This document shows, in pieces, positions 63,685 through 64,000 of a stretch of DNA of 64,000 bases (position 1 is the stretch's first letter; the number at the start of each line of letters is the position of its first letter). The notes under the pieces are model-generated. The model searched no databases. It had not been told where the DNA came from and was given only the letters and a program-made list of their open reading frames with translations. Source of the stretch: Rhodanobacteraceae bacterium (lineage in GTDB: Bacteria > Pseudomonadota > Gammaproteobacteria > Xanthomonadales > SZUA-5); NCBI GenBank assembly GCA_016713135.1, contig JADJPR010000015.1, positions 29,080 to 93,079 of the forward strand, given 5' to 3'. The position numbers and the translations under genes are program-made.

Positions 63685-63745
63685 CGCAAAGGACCGTGCC
63701 GACGCAAAGGGTCCTGCGCCGTTCAACGCGGAGACGCGGAGAACG
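63685..63745. repeat. Short E-like and H-like tandem units in the NCS1 upstream region
   Basis: gcaaaggaccgtgccgacgcaaagggtcc (E-type unit GCAAAGGAC), then acgcggagacgcggagaacg (H-type unit GCGGAGAC). Confidence 0.6.
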
Positions 63746-63787
63746 TAGTGAAGCAGCGGGACGGCTGCACATGGTCCCTGGATCAGG

Positions 63788-64000
63788 TCAGCCGAGGAAA
63801 GCGATCGCCGCCAGGACCAGACCACCGATGATGGCGGCGGCGACGCCGACCGCGATGGCCGGGCCGCGGTCTCCCATCGACAGTACAGGTGCCTGGCCGG
63901 GCACCTGCGCCCCGGTCTGCAGCATCGCCTGGTACATCGCCTCGTATGACCGGAAGACGCGCGAAGCGCCGACGTAGCCGATCGACGCGAATGCAGGAAT
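63788..64000 (-). CDS. 3' end of a gene continuing beyond the window; product ends in a TM helix, function unknown
   Basis: Minus-strand frame is open from 64000 to a TGA at 63790-63788, with about 80% G/C at third positions. Product ends ...GDRGPAIAVGVAAAIIGGLVLAAIAFLG. Not in the ORF track because no start lies inside the window. Confidence 0.5.
   Translation of the reverse strand: MPAFASIGYVGASRVFRSYEAMYQAMLQTGAQVPGQAPVLSMGDRGPAIAVGVAAAIIGGLVLAAIAFLG

Noticed and set aside
1-64000. Genomic island, prophage or defence island
   Set aside because: There is no integrase, transposase, tRNA, phage or recognised defence genes. Gene content is largely conserved housekeeping with ordinary high-GC codon usage. 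hicBA and the MITE-like element are the only accessory items.

Overview
High-GC bacterial chromosome segment. Gene content and order suggest a Xanthomonadales/Lysobacterales-type gammaproteobacterium: an aspartokinase-DAP decarboxylase fusion, the string ndk-rlmN-pilW-rodZ-yfgM-bamB-der, and GTGGGAGCGGCTTCAGCCGCGA-type REP sequences. About 52 protein genes are supportable, nearly all core housekeeping: parE, class I fumarase, ohr, pspABC, fadBA-like genes, moeAB, folD, a TatT-type TRAP transporter and hicBA. There are also several secreted or unknown proteins. I saw no rRNA, tRNA, CRISPR array, transposase, integrase or phage gene, so this is not an obvious island. Many very long ORFs in the supplied track are high-GC shadow or read-through ORFs and are rejected. 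The most unusual content is non-coding. (1) Almost every larger intergenic gap holds one member of a superfamily of inverted-repeat elements whose arms are short tandem repeats, for example (GGGTTGT)n...(ACAACCC)n, (GGGGCA)n, (GAGGGCAC)n and (GCAAAGGAC)n. The G/purine-rich arm is always 5' and the C/pyrimidine-rich arm always 3', and the arms often abut stop codons. (2) The left edge carries a 455-nt tract with no adenine at all, about 89% G+C, open in all six frames. Other points: single-nucleotide frameshifts in pspA and in the fadB-like gene; a periplasmic-binding-domain/MscK-type channel fusion; a PP-loop protein of unknown role beside lysA/lysC; a translationally coupled permease/unknown/beta-lactamase-like operon; and a 239-bp MITE-like element. 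All functional calls rest on motif and family recognition by eye, because no database search was possible.
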